32,000 nt of DNA, from the NCBI GenBank assembly GCA_964480775.1, contig CAYZRF010000021.1, positions 456-32,455 of the forward strand. The letters are read 5' to 3'. A program made the position numbers and the translations under genes. This stretch comes from an uncultured Nitrososphaerota archaeon. Lineage in GTDB: Archaea; Korarchaeota; Korarchaeia; Korarchaeales; Korarchaeaceae. The number at the start of each line of letters is the position of its first letter. The stretch's first letter is position 1. Of the stretch, positions 7,771 through 17,038 are shown piece by piece. Below the pieces are notes generated by a model that made no database searches, was not told the DNA's origin, and saw only the letters and a list, made by a program, of their open reading frames with translations.

Positions 7771-9118
7771 TGAAATCCCTTCCCATGCCTTTGAGTTTTA
7801 GAAATGATAGTGCAAGATCCAAGAACATTCTATACTCTTGCGATAAGGATGAAATATCTAATTCCTGCCTAGCTGTCAAAGAGCTAGCTGTTTTCTCATC
7901 AAGACCCGCCAAAAGAAGTGCTTCCTTTAGATTTTTCCTCGTTATGAATGCTTCCATTCCATCCGAGAACCTAAGTCTAACCTTTCTTCTAAAGAAAGGG
8001 AATAAATCAATGTGAAAACTAGAAGATTCTATCTCTCTGTAAATATCTTTAGGAACTGGAACCTCTTTGGCCTGAACAATTCCCTTTATAGCTTCTAGTC
8101 GTGGATTGGTTTCTTCCAACAAATCACTGTACTGATTTGATAAATAACCCTGTCCCGACGCGCCTAAGTCAATAGTTGGAACTTGATTATCAAAATTTCT
8201 TACAAAATGAAAGTCCTTACGAAATATCTTGATTAAATGCTTGGCCACACTCCTTTCTTTATAATCAATATCACCGTTGAAACCTTCAATTAGGGAGTGA
8301 TAGAAAGTTGCCTCATGCATTCTTGAAAGTGAAATTGAACAACTTTGAATGCATCGAGAAAACGACTCATCAAAGGGCAATAAATAAGCAGGGACATTCC
8401 AATAAGTTTTTACTAGCTCTTGCAGTTCAGTTGATTGTAAATTATGCCCATATTTGTTTATTATGACAAAAGGAGTCGAGAGATTGTTAATATCTAAAGA
8501 AAAAAGGTGTCTTTTTGTTTGAAGAATGGAATTTTTGTCTGGAAGCAAGACTGGGATTAGCAAACTGACCCATCTTGAGAGAGCCTTAAGCAGAACCCTT
8601 GCTGAGTAGTCCGATGATGGAAAATCTACTATGAGGAACTCAACACCAATCTCGCGAATATATTCCTCTAAAGATCTTAGTCTAAGCAAAAGAAGATCAA
8701 TTGGTTCGTACAACAGCGTCGAAACATCATCGCTTCCAGCAGGAATTACTTTAAGCTTAATGAGATCAGAAAGTTTGCGCCTGATACTCGAGTCTTCGAG
8801 TGAAATCAACGGATCATATACTACTTCCTCAGGGAATTTATTCCCAAGTAAAACATCGTGAAGACCATGAAATCCCTCATTTCCAAGGAATAAGTACGTT
8901 AGATCGGCGTTATGTAGATTAGCATCCATAACCGCAGCCATCTTACCCTCTTCTTCCATTAGATATGACATTATGAAGGATAGAGCCATGCTAACCGAGG
9001 TCTTACCAACCCCTTCGGTGCCAAAGAAACCTACTTTTAGCATTAACCCATCAATATGATGAACGCCTGTCTCAAAGACCCTATTTAAGGAGATCTTGCC
9101 AGCGCAGTTTTCGGACAA
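7757..9118 (-). CDS. ParA/MinD-superfamily ATPase, TadZ/CpaE-like, with a long C-terminal extension
   Basis: A Walker A-like motif VGFFGTEGVGKTSVSMAL is followed by AAVMDANLHNADLTYLFLG, which matches the ParA/MinD layout. The signature lysine of the KGG deviant Walker A is absent (TEG). The maximal ORF overlaps the moaA stop by 34 nt. An alternative start is the ATG at 9043 (MLKVGFFG). Confidence 0.65.
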   Translation of the reverse strand: MSENCAGKISLNRVFETGVHHIDGLMLKVGFFGTEGVGKTSVSMALSFIMSYLMEEEGKMAAVMDANLHNADLTYLFLGNEGFHGLHDVLLGNKFPEEVVYDPLISLEDSSIRRKLSDLIKLKVIPAGSDDVSTLLYEPIDLLLLRLRSLEEYIREIGVEFLIVDFPSSDYSARVLLKALSRWVSLLIPVLLPDKNSILQTKRHLFSLDINNLSTPFVIINKYGHNLQSTELQELVKTYWNVPAYLLPFDESFSRCIQSCSISLSRMHEATFYHSLIEGFNGDIDYKERSVAKHLIKIFRKDFHFVRNFDNQVPTIDLGASGQGYLSNQYSDLLEETNPRLEAIKGIVQAKEVPVPKDIYREIESSSFHIDLFPFFRRKVRLRFSDGMEAFITRKNLKEALLLAGLDEKTASSLTARQELDISSLSQEYRMFLDLALSFLKLKGMGRDFIEPK

Positions 9119-10047
9119 TGGGCTTCTGTGGACTTAAAGTAAGGTTCTCTTTGTGCAACAGCTCTTAATAAGGAGTTGACAACTCCGCCCCAGCTTCCTG
9201 ATCTAAGTTCCTTTAGAAACTTAACAGGAGGTTTACTGGAAAGAAGGCATGTTTTAAAAGCGCCAAAATGAGTGACTCTAATTTTAGTGCAGTGATAGCA
9301 GAAATCAGGATTGCTCATAGACCTTACAAGCTCAACCTTAACATCTCCTAGGTCATATACTGGCCTATCGTGCATATCTTGACGTATTTTAATCGAAATT
9401 GCCTTTTCCTTTATTCTTTCCTCCAGCTCATGGAAATCTACGCCGTATTTCCTAAGAAGAGGGGAGTTTGGATCTCTATCTTGTAGTTCAATTAGCTGGA
9501 CGTCAGCACCTATGTTAGCCGCAAACTCGATCAAAGAATCGAGTTCTCCTTCATTTAACCCCCTTAACATGACGCGGTTAATTTTAAGACGTTTTATACC
9601 GAACGATATAGATTTTTCTATCCCCCTCAACACCTTTTCGAGGCTATCTACACCAGTAATTCTTTGATAAACCTCCTTTTTCAAGGATGGGAGGTTTACG
9701 TTGACCCTGTCGAGACCAGCTTCAATTAAGCCTTGAATTCTTTCCTCCAGAAGGGTTCCGTTTGTAGTGAGTCCTATGTCCTTTATGCCCTCAACCCTCC
9801 TGATCTGAGCTACTATCTCACTCAGATCTTCTCTAAGGAGGGGCTCACCCCCAGTCAGCTTTATTGTTCTGACGCCAAAGTCAGCAAGGATGGCAACGAG
9901 TCTACCAATGTCCTCAGGAGTCATTATTTCATTTTCTTCGTTATGATAGCCCTCAGCATGGCAAAAGAAGCATCTTAGATTGCATTCATGGTTAACTGAG
10001 ATCCTCAAGTTGAGCAGAGGCCTGTCATAGGGGTCTCTGAGTATCAT
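9085..10047 (-). CDS. moaA: GTP 3',8-cyclase MoaA (radical SAM)
   Basis: The radical SAM cluster motif CNLRCFFCH is present, followed by KLTGGEPLLR and GLTTNG, and a C-terminal Cys cluster CYHCTKIRVTHFGAFKTC. Confidence 0.92.
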   Translation of the reverse strand: MILRDPYDRPLLNLRISVNHECNLRCFFCHAEGYHNEENEIMTPEDIGRLVAILADFGVRTIKLTGGEPLLREDLSEIVAQIRRVEGIKDIGLTTNGTLLEERIQGLIEAGLDRVNVNLPSLKKEVYQRITGVDSLEKVLRGIEKSISFGIKRLKINRVMLRGLNEGELDSLIEFAANIGADVQLIELQDRDPNSPLLRKYGVDFHELEERIKEKAISIKIRQDMHDRPVYDLGDVKVELVRSMSNPDFCYHCTKIRVTHFGAFKTCLLSSKPPVKFLKELRSGSWGGVVNSLLRAVAQREPYFKSTEAHCPKTALARSP

Positions 10048-10645
10048 GACGAATTGCCAACTATGTCATATCGAATTTAATAATAACTCTTACCTTTTAC
10101 GAAGGATGGAAAGCCCAGTCCATGAACATAGAGCCAAATCCCCTCATAGATTGAGATATGCCGTTTATACGGTTAGCTCCTCTAGATATAAAGCGATAAA
10201 AGAAGGAAGAGACTTTACTGATCCTACTGGAGACTTAGCAGTGAAGTTGATAGAATCGGCTGGAAACTCAGTTGTCATAAGGAAAGTACTTCCTGACGAG
10301 AAATCATCAATAAGACGCGAGTTAGAGAGTGCTCTAAAAGAAGCAGACGTCATCATTCTGTGTGGTGGAACTGGATTACATCCAGAAGACGTAACTGTCG
10401 AGGCCGCAAGCGGAATATTTGAGAAAGAAATACGGGGCTTTGGCGAGCTATTTAGGCATCTTAGCTTTCAAAGCATCGGATCTGCTGCTATGTTAAGCAG
10501 AGCAACAGCGGGAATTTGTAGGGGAAAGGCGATTTTCTGTCTTCCAGGATCAACGAAGGGAGTAGAGCTAGCCCTCAAGAAACTTATCCTGCCAGAGGCT
10601 GGGCACATAATTTGGGTTGCTAGAGGGTATAAGAACGGTTCTTGA
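10046..10645 (+). CDS. moaB: Molybdenum cofactor biosynthesis protein MoaB/MogA family; the probable real start is the ATG at 10106 (MESPV...)
   Basis: Motifs seen: YTVSSSRY, ILCGGTGLHPEDVTVEA, GFGELFR, MLSRATAG and CLPGSTKG. An AT-rich TATA-like element TTTAATAATAA at about 10074-10084 lies about 25 nt upstream of 10106, which suggests a leaderless or short-leader transcript. Confidence 0.85.
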   Translation: MTNCQLCHIEFNNNSYLLRRMESPVHEHRAKSPHRLRYAVYTVSSSRYKAIKEGRDFTDPTGDLAVKLIESAGNSVVIRKVLPDEKSSIRRELESALKEADVIILCGGTGLHPEDVTVEAASGIFEKEIRGFGELFRHLSFQSIGSAAMLSRATAGICRGKAIFCLPGSTKGVELALKKLILPEAGHIIWVARGYKNGS

Positions 10646-10648
10646 ATT

Positions 10649-12625
10649 CTAACCTAGAAAAAAACCAATATCATCGCCAACAACATATCCAGGCATGTTA
10701 GAGAGCTTATTTTTGAAGTCATCAGATTTGAGAACCTGAAGAAACAGCTTAACAGAGCGTTTATCCAATCTGTCCATCCTTACAAGGAAATCGTACCTCT
10801 CAGTAGTTAGAGGAATGAAATCCAACCCTTTAATCCTTGCTACATACTCTATTCCAAGGCCTACGTCTGCTTCTCCTCTTGCCACGGCCTCAGCAACACC
10901 AGAGTGAGTTTTCCTCTCGAATCCATACCCGTTTATACGCTCTTTTAGCGTCTCAACTGAAATACCCTTCTCTGCAGCCAACCTAGCGATGAAGTAATCC
11001 AAAAGTATCCTTGTTCCAGAGCCTCTATTCCTGTTCACAAACCTTACGTCGTTCCTCAACAAGTCCTCTATCCTGCTAATTCCTTTGGGATTTCCTTTTG
11101 CAACAATTAATCCTTGAACGCGTTCGTACCCTCTAACGAGCTTTGCTACGCCCTTTAAAGAGTAATCCTCCAAGAATCCAACGTTGTACTCACCTGTCCT
11201 AGGATTCAGCGCATGAACCCCTGAGATGTCTGCCTCTCCAGCCCTAATAGCTTCAAAACCTCCCAGAGATCCAACGTTCACGCGGACTATCCTTAGATTT
11301 TCCTTTTTCTTGAGCATTGAGAGGAGAAGTTCAGCTCCTGGGCAGTGACTTCCTATGAATCCAAGATCTGCAGGTCTAACCCCTTCCTGAAAAGGAATGA
11401 CGAGGACCTTTTCTCCTCTTTCTACGTATTCCACATTCTCTGATATTTCTACATATCCGTCTGCCCTGCTGAGAGTTGATATAGCCTCAGATCCTGTAGG
11501 TATTGGAAAAGCCAATATCTCTCCCTTCGCATCTGACAGCAAAGCAACGGGGAGGAAGTTCCTCCTCCCAAGAGTGGAGCGCACTCTCCTTCCCATCTTT
11601 GCTTTTATCGGAACTTGCTCCAAGGTCTTAATTCCAGCCATTTTCCTCACTAAAGGAGATACAAACTTTCTATAGGCAATGAGCGCGCTTGTTGGATATC
11701 CTGGCAACCCAATTACGAACTTATTTCCGATAACACCGAGAATAAAGGGCTTTCCTGGTTTCATAGCCACGCCATGAACGAGTACCCCAGGTTTTCCCGC
11801 TTTGTCTATCGCTTTATACACTACATCACCAGCCCCAGCACTTGTACTTCCAGATACGAGAACTAGATCAGCCCACTTGAGAGCTCCCTTTATTTCACCT
11901 AAGATAGACTCTAGGTCGTCTGGTAATATCCCTAGAACCTTTGGCTCTCCTCCATCCTGCCAAACAGATGTTGAAATAGTGTATGAGTTTATGTCATAGA
12001 TCTTACCGTAATCCAATGGATTTCCAGGAGCAACGAGCTCGTCTCCTGTGCTAAGAATGGCCACAACAGGTTTCTTTACCACTTTTACTTTCGTTCTCCC
12101 TATGGCTGCTAGCAATCCTATCTCCCTGGGACCTAGAATGCTGCCGGAGTGCAATAGGGTTTCTCCTGCAGCCACATCAGTACCCGTGCCCTGAATATTG
12201 GCTCCTGGTGCAACAGATTTGAAAATAAGGAGGAGATCTCCCTTAACTTCTGTTCTCTCCACTAGGACAACCGCATTTGCTCCTGGAGGAATAACGGCTC
12301 CTGTAGCTATCTCAACCGCTTCTCCCTCAGAGACCACACCTTTAAAGGGCTTTCCAGCCTCTGCAATGCCTATAATCCTTAAAGTTACGGGGTTCTCCTC
12401 GTCCGCGCCGAAGGTGTCCTCTGCCTTCAGGGCATATCCATCGTACATGGCCCTATCGAATGAGGGGACATCCACCTCTGAAGGAATGTCCTCTGCAAGC
12501 ACCCTACCAACGGCATCCTTGATAGGTACATCCTCTGATTTAGGGACATAGGAGTAATGCCTTTCTATTAAGCGAGAAACCTCTTCAACGGAAACTAGCT
12601 TTCTAAACTCTTTTCTCTCTCCCAT
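10649..12625 (-). CDS. moeA: Molybdopterin molybdenum/tungsten transferase MoeA fused to a C-terminal periplasmic-binding-protein-like (molybdate/tungstate-binding type) domain
   Basis: The N-terminal roughly 410 aa are collinear with the neighbouring MoeA ([42 protein letters not shown]). The extra roughly 240 aa ([10 protein letters not shown]...VNVGSLGG...NRNRGSGTR) look like a PBP-fold domain. Confidence 0.88.
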   Translation of the reverse strand: MGERKEFRKLVSVEEVSRLIERHYSYVPKSEDVPIKDAVGRVLAEDIPSEVDVPSFDRAMYDGYALKAEDTFGADEENPVTLRIIGIAEAGKPFKGVVSEGEAVEIATGAVIPPGANAVVLVERTEVKGDLLLIFKSVAPGANIQGTGTDVAAGETLLHSGSILGPREIGLLAAIGRTKVKVVKKPVVAILSTGDELVAPGNPLDYGKIYDINSYTISTSVWQDGGEPKVLGILPDDLESILGEIKGALKWADLVLVSGSTSAGAGDVVYKAIDKAGKPGVLVHGVAMKPGKPFILGVIGNKFVIGLPGYPTSALIAYRKFVSPLVRKMAGIKTLEQVPIKAKMGRRVRSTLGRRNFLPVALLSDAKGEILAFPIPTGSEAISTLSRADGYVEISENVEYVERGEKVLVIPFQEGVRPADLGFIGSHCPGAELLLSMLKKKENLRIVRVNVGSLGGFEAIRAGEADISGVHALNPRTGEYNVGFLEDYSLKGVAKLVRGYERVQGLIVAKGNPKGISRIEDLLRNDVRFVNRNRGSGTRILLDYFIARLAAEKGISVETLKERINGYGFERKTHSGVAEAVARGEADVGLGIEYVARIKGLDFIPLTTERYDFLVRMDRLDKRSVKLFLQVLKSDDFKNKLSNMPGYVVGDDIGFFLG

Positions 12626-12634
12626 ATAGATCCC

Positions 12635-13921
12635 TCAGAGCGTGCTTAATTCTGAAACATTCGTAGATATGTAGCGCTTGAATGGGAGAACCTCTACGAT
12701 CTCTCCCTCCTTATACCCCTCTACATCCTCAGGTACGATGAGAAATGCGTCCGCTTTTACCAATGAACTTGCAATTCCAGCACCGGAGATCCTAACAGGG
12801 ATTGCCAACCACTCATTTCCACTTCTCTTAAGCTTGACTCTAGCGAAATGCAAAATTCCTGGTCTTGAAGGTACCTTGCCCACAAGCCTAGCCCTAAGGG
12901 TGTTTATCATCCTCTCACCCTTAATCCCAAGAAATCTCTCAATTAAGGGGACAAGAAATAGCAATGCAGCTACGGCAGCAGATACAGGATAGCCTGGAAG
13001 ACCTATAAATGGCTTCCCATTTGAAAGAACTGAAAGCAGGGTAGGTTTCCCAGGCATAACCCCTACTCCATGAACGATTATCTTTGCTCCAAGTTTTTCA
13101 AGAGCATCTGGAACGAAATCGGATGTTCCAACGCTGGTTCCTCCGCTCGTTAGGATGACATCTGCCTCCTTGCACTCGCTTATTCTCCTTGCGAGTTCAT
13201 CTGCATCATCGTCTACAATTCCCTTGTAAGAAAAGAGACCCCCGTGTTCCTCTACAATTCCTTTAACGAGCCATCTGTTGGAATTCACAATTTTTCCTGG
13301 GGCTTCCTTATCTCCTACCTCAATTAACTCATGTCCCGTGCTTATCATGCCAATAACAGGCTTCTTACGAACCAAAACCTCTTTTTTGTTGATAGAAGCT
13401 AGCAAACCTAGTTCAAAGGCCCCTATTATGGTTCCCTTTGGGAGCAGGACTTCACCTGCCCTGATGTCCTCACCCCTCCTTGAAACGTTCCGGAACGGCG
13501 GAACTTGTTCATAGATTCTGACCATTCCACCACTTTCCTCAGAATTCTCCACCTCTACAACCGCATCGGCCCCTTTTGGCAAGACTGCCCCAGTGTGGAT
13601 CCTTACAGCCTCTCCAGCCCTGACTTCCAAGCTTATCTCCCTGCCAGCTTGAATTTCTCCAATGACTCTGAGTGCAATTGGAGAATGTTGGGATGCTCCG
13701 TATGTATCCTCAGCCCTGACGGCGTATCCGTCCATAGCTGCCCTGTCAAACGGCGGAACATCTTCTTGAGCTCTTATATCTTCAGCTAAAACCCTGTCTA
13801 GGGCATAATCTAGCCCTACGTACTCAGCCTCGGTGGGCTTTAGGTCAAGAGAACTCATGAAAGTTTCCAGAGCTTCTCTTACCTTCATGATCGTTCTGAA
13901 ACCCTTCCATTTGTGGGACAT
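12635..13921 (-). CDS. moeA: Molybdopterin molybdenumtransferase MoeA (stand-alone paralogue)
   Basis: Motifs seen: [38 protein letters not shown] and LPGYPVSA. Confidence 0.9.
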   Translation of the reverse strand: MSHKWKGFRTIMKVREALETFMSSLDLKPTEAEYVGLDYALDRVLAEDIRAQEDVPPFDRAAMDGYAVRAEDTYGASQHSPIALRVIGEIQAGREISLEVRAGEAVRIHTGAVLPKGADAVVEVENSEESGGMVRIYEQVPPFRNVSRRGEDIRAGEVLLPKGTIIGAFELGLLASINKKEVLVRKKPVIGMISTGHELIEVGDKEAPGKIVNSNRWLVKGIVEEHGGLFSYKGIVDDDADELARRISECKEADVILTSGGTSVGTSDFVPDALEKLGAKIIVHGVGVMPGKPTLLSVLSNGKPFIGLPGYPVSAAVAALLFLVPLIERFLGIKGERMINTLRARLVGKVPSRPGILHFARVKLKRSGNEWLAIPVRISGAGIASSLVKADAFLIVPEDVEGYKEGEIVEVLPFKRYISTNVSELSTL

Positions 13922-13974
13922 CTTGGAACATTTGCGAGTGCACTTATTACGTTTGATGTATTTATCATACTGAG

Positions 13975-14730
13975 ATGAAAGGAGGAACAGGTGGTGTTCT
14001 TACAACCAGAGATCTTATTAGATACGATAGACAACTTCTGATCATTGGTAAGGCTGGCCAGGAGAAACTAAAGAGAGCATCCGTTGCAATAGTGGGAATA
14101 GGTGGGTTGGGTAGCCCGGCTGCTTTCTACCTTGCTGGGGCTGGGGTGGGAAGGCTGATATTGATAGATCCTGAGAGACCAGAGCTGAGCAATTTGAACA
14201 GACAAATAATACATTGGGAAGGCGATTTTTCTCTTCCCAAAGCCCAGTCTGCCGCAGAGAAATTGAGAAAATTCAATTCTGACATCGTTATAGAGCCTAA
14301 ATCAGTCAAAATTACAAAAGAAAACGTTTCAGAAGTCTTAAGTGGGGTAGATGTGGTTGTTGATGGACTTGACAACTTCGAGACAAGGTACCTCCTCAAT
14401 GAGTACTGTTTGGAGCACGGAAAGCCATTTGTACACGCAGCAGTTAGGGGGTTGGTTGGTCAGGCAACGACAATCGTACCTCAAAGATCTCCATGCTTAA
14501 GGTGCATTTTTCCAGAGCCTCCAAAAGCTGAGAAAAAATTCCCGATTTTGGGGGCAACAGCAGGAACTCTCGGCTGTATTGAAGCGTTAGAAACGATTAA
14601 ACTGATAACTGGCTTTGGGAGACCTCTGACAGGGAGACTTCTCATAATAGACCTTGAGGACATGACTTTTAACCTGATAGGGGTGAAGAGGCGGCCAGAC
14701 TGTCCCGTGTGTGGAGGCCTCCATAGTTAG
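13975..14730 (+). CDS. moeB: ThiF/MoeB/HesA-family E1-like adenylyltransferase
   Basis: Motifs seen: RYDRQLLI, the nucleotide-binding loop VGIGGLGSPAAFYLAGAGVG, DNFETRYLLN and two CxxC pairs (CLRC, CPVC). No rhodanese domain is present. The symbol is given by context with the Moco genes; a ThiF or UbaA-type role is equally possible. Confidence 0.85.
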   Translation: MKGGTGGVLTTRDLIRYDRQLLIIGKAGQEKLKRASVAIVGIGGLGSPAAFYLAGAGVGRLILIDPERPELSNLNRQIIHWEGDFSLPKAQSAAEKLRKFNSDIVIEPKSVKITKENVSEVLSGVDVVVDGLDNFETRYLLNEYCLEHGKPFVHAAVRGLVGQATTIVPQRSPCLRCIFPEPPKAEKKFPILGATAGTLGCIEALETIKLITGFGRPLTGRLLIIDLEDMTFNLIGVKRRPDCPVCGGLHS

Positions 14731-14784
14731 TTGAATAATTAATATTTTTAATGCCAAATTCCCAACAGCCGCTAAGACATCCAA

Positions 14785-15954
14785 ATGACCCTTATAGGAG
14801 AAAATAAGCGAAATTTTGCGTCTCTAACGGTTTCAAGGTCTCTAAAGGGCTTTTTCGATTCTATACCAAATACCATCCTGACACCCTATCTATACGATCT
14901 AGGTGCATCCTTTACCCTTCTAGGATCTTTTAGGGCCTTTCCTTCACTGATAAGCTTGATTTCTTCGAGATTTTGGGGAGCTCTCAGCGATGCTACCAAC
15001 AGGAGGAAGCCATTTATCCTTCTCTCCTTCCTCCTTTCAGTACCCTTTTTTCTTGCTTACGCCTTCATAGCCAATAGTCCAGAGGACTACCTTTTGATAA
15101 GGATCCTAAACTCCTTCTTTTCTCTGGAAGTCGGGATTATGCCGGCAACCATAGCTTCTACCTCCACAAGACTTGGAAGAGCATTCGGTGACTATTCCTT
15201 CGCTACATCGGCAGCATGGACATCTGGCGGTATGCTTAGCGGCTGGTTTGTGGAACACTACGGCATTAATCAAGCTTTTCTGCTAAGCATTTTTGGAACC
15301 CTTCTGGCGTCAACTACCTTCCTGTTCACTTACAAAGAGAAGAATGACAGCAGACGTCACAACATAGATTCGCAAAAAATTATACTGAAGACTATTTCAT
15401 TTGATTTGAACCGAAGGGCACAGAATCTGGCCTTAATCGCTGTTTTTACGGCCTTAAGAAGTGCTTTTTTCGGTTTGCCTGCAATGATGAAGATGTACGT
15501 CCTTCTGGGTAGGTCAAAAACGAGCTATACCGTCATCCTAAGCCTAGCTGGATTGACTGGCATAGTAACATCACCACTTTATGGAAGGGCGGTAGACAGA
15601 TTCGGTGCAAGGAACTCCGCGATCGCTTCTCTCTTAGCCTACACGATTTATCTACCGCTCATGGCCCTTACCAACGATCCTGTCCTTTTTGCAATTTTAT
15701 GGGCAATCCCAATAGGAAACCTTGAGTACGCGGCCCTTATGTCCCTAAAGGTAAGGGTTTCTAATCCTAATGGTAGGGCAACGGACATAGGTACGATGGA
15801 GTCTATTTCCTCTTTATTCTCAGCTTTTGGCAACATAGCAGCAGGAGTTGTAATAGACCGGCTGGGCACAGCACCTTCTCTCTTCACAGCAACTACTTTT
15901 GACGCAATTGCCCTTGTATTATTGCTTCGAAAGCCGGATCTCGTGATAAAATAA
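14785..15954 (+). CDS. Major facilitator superfamily transporter
   Basis: 389 aa with about 10-12 hydrophobic segments. MFS-like loop motifs are present (GALSDATNRRKP and GRAVDRFGARN). An AT-rich TATA-like element lies at about 14738-14750. Confidence 0.7.
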   Translation: MTLIGENKRNFASLTVSRSLKGFFDSIPNTILTPYLYDLGASFTLLGSFRAFPSLISLISSRFWGALSDATNRRKPFILLSFLLSVPFFLAYAFIANSPEDYLLIRILNSFFSLEVGIMPATIASTSTRLGRAFGDYSFATSAAWTSGGMLSGWFVEHYGINQAFLLSIFGTLLASTTFLFTYKEKNDSRRHNIDSQKIILKTISFDLNRRAQNLALIAVFTALRSAFFGLPAMMKMYVLLGRSKTSYTVILSLAGLTGIVTSPLYGRAVDRFGARNSAIASLLAYTIYLPLMALTNDPVLFAILWAIPIGNLEYAALMSLKVRVSNPNGRATDIGTMESISSLFSAFGNIAAGVVIDRLGTAPSLFTATTFDAIALVLLLRKPDLVIK

Positions 15955-15993
15955 TAACAAATTCAATTAATTTGGAGGGTGAAGGTATCCTAA

Positions 15994-16704
15994 ATGCCCT
16001 CAACTTCACAGTATACCATAGCTGGCCCGTTGACTAGAGGAACGTTCCTGTCCAGACCAAACAGATTTACTGCTATGATAAAGGTGGATGATGAGACCTT
16101 GAGGCTTCATTTGAGAGATCCAGGAAGGTTAACGGAGCTCTTAATCCCAGGAAGAGAGGTGATTTTCAGGAGAATCGACGATCCCAACAGAAAAACGAGA
16201 GGAGAAGTGATAGGCATTCGTTCAGATGGCACATGGGTGCTGGTAAACTCCTCGCTACATTCAAAGATTGCTAGATGGCTTATTGAAGCAGGCCATATAG
16301 AAGAGCTGAGGGACTGGAACATAGAGAAGGCAGAGTGGAAGTATGGAAAGAGTAGAATAGACTTTCTACTGACGAGGGTAAGGGAAAGGGGTCTCCTCGA
16401 AGTAAAGGGATGCACTTTAGTAAGGAAGGGTGTGGCCCTGTTTCCAGATGCGCCTACAGAGAGGGGAAGTAGGCACGTTTTAGAGCTGATAAATGCTAAA
16501 AAAGAGGGTTTTAATGCTAGCATCCTGTTTCTGGTGCTACGGGGTGACGCGACTGAATTTTCACCAAACTGGGATACTGACCCTAAGTTCTCAAGGAACT
16601 TGGTGCTTGCACATAAGACCGGGGTTAACGTGATTGCCTATTGTTTGAACTTCAACGGGAGAGCTTTAGAACCAAAAAGTAGGCTTAGGGTAATCTTGAA
16701 TTGA
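15994..16704 (+). CDS. sfsA: SfsA-family protein (sugar fermentation stimulation protein homologue, nuclease fold)
   Basis: Motifs seen: RPNRFTAMIKV, HLRDPGRLTELL, SRIDFLL, LEVKGCTLV and FPDAPTERGSRHVLEL. Confidence 0.85.
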   Translation: MPSTSQYTIAGPLTRGTFLSRPNRFTAMIKVDDETLRLHLRDPGRLTELLIPGREVIFRRIDDPNRKTRGEVIGIRSDGTWVLVNSSLHSKIARWLIEAGHIEELRDWNIEKAEWKYGKSRIDFLLTRVRERGLLEVKGCTLVRKGVALFPDAPTERGSRHVLELINAKKEGFNASILFLVLRGDATEFSPNWDTDPKFSRNLVLAHKTGVNVIAYCLNFNGRALEPKSRLRVILN

Positions 16705-16756
16705 TTAGATGGTTTTGGAAAACCGACTTTTTTACCCAAGTAGGTTCGATATCTTG

Positions 16757-17038
16757 ATGTTAAGGAGCAAGGTTTTAGAGGCAATAAAAGAGTTTAACGA
16801 ATTTAGAAGTCCAGAGGCAACAGCAAACTCGTTTTAATTAAAGATAATAGGATTATCGTTAGGATGAATGGAACCTATTGTAGAACATGTGGCCTCTATG
16901 ATTACTTTGAGGATCTTTCATGGAAAATCAAGGGATTACTTGAAAGCTAACGTAAAGATTCTGTCGACGAGAAGAATAGATCATTTCTCCTATGAAATCA
17001 TATATGAGGTGGAATCTCTTAGTAAAAGATCTAAATGA
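16757..17038 (+). pseudogene. Small CxxC protein gene interrupted by two compensating frameshifts (or two homopolymer sequencing errors)
   Basis: Three segments read as one coherent protein of about 93 aa. Frame A 16757-16825 gives MLRSKVLEAIKEFNEFRSPEATA. The -1 frame 16825-16947 gives KLVLIKDNRIIVRMNGTYCRTCGLYDYFEDLSWKIKGLLES. Frame A resumes at 16946-17038 with ANVKILSTRRIDHFSYEIIYEVESLSKRSK. Both switches fall at AAA runs (16825-16827 and 16943-16945). An alternative is an intact 56-aa ORF at 16868-17038. Confidence 0.4.

Noticed and set aside
11397-12551. Plus-strand ORFs 11397-11675, 11802-11999 and 12198-12551, with Ser/Thr/Pro/Ala-rich products
   Set aside because: They are antisense to moeA. 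Their low-complexity composition is typical of reverse-frame artefacts of a GC-richer gene. The same reasoning applies to 12678-12992, 13278-13514 and 13505-13789, which lie inside the second moeA.
16107-16523. 138-aa minus-strand ORF inside sfsA
   Set aside because: It is antisense to a gene with multiple SfsA hallmark motifs.
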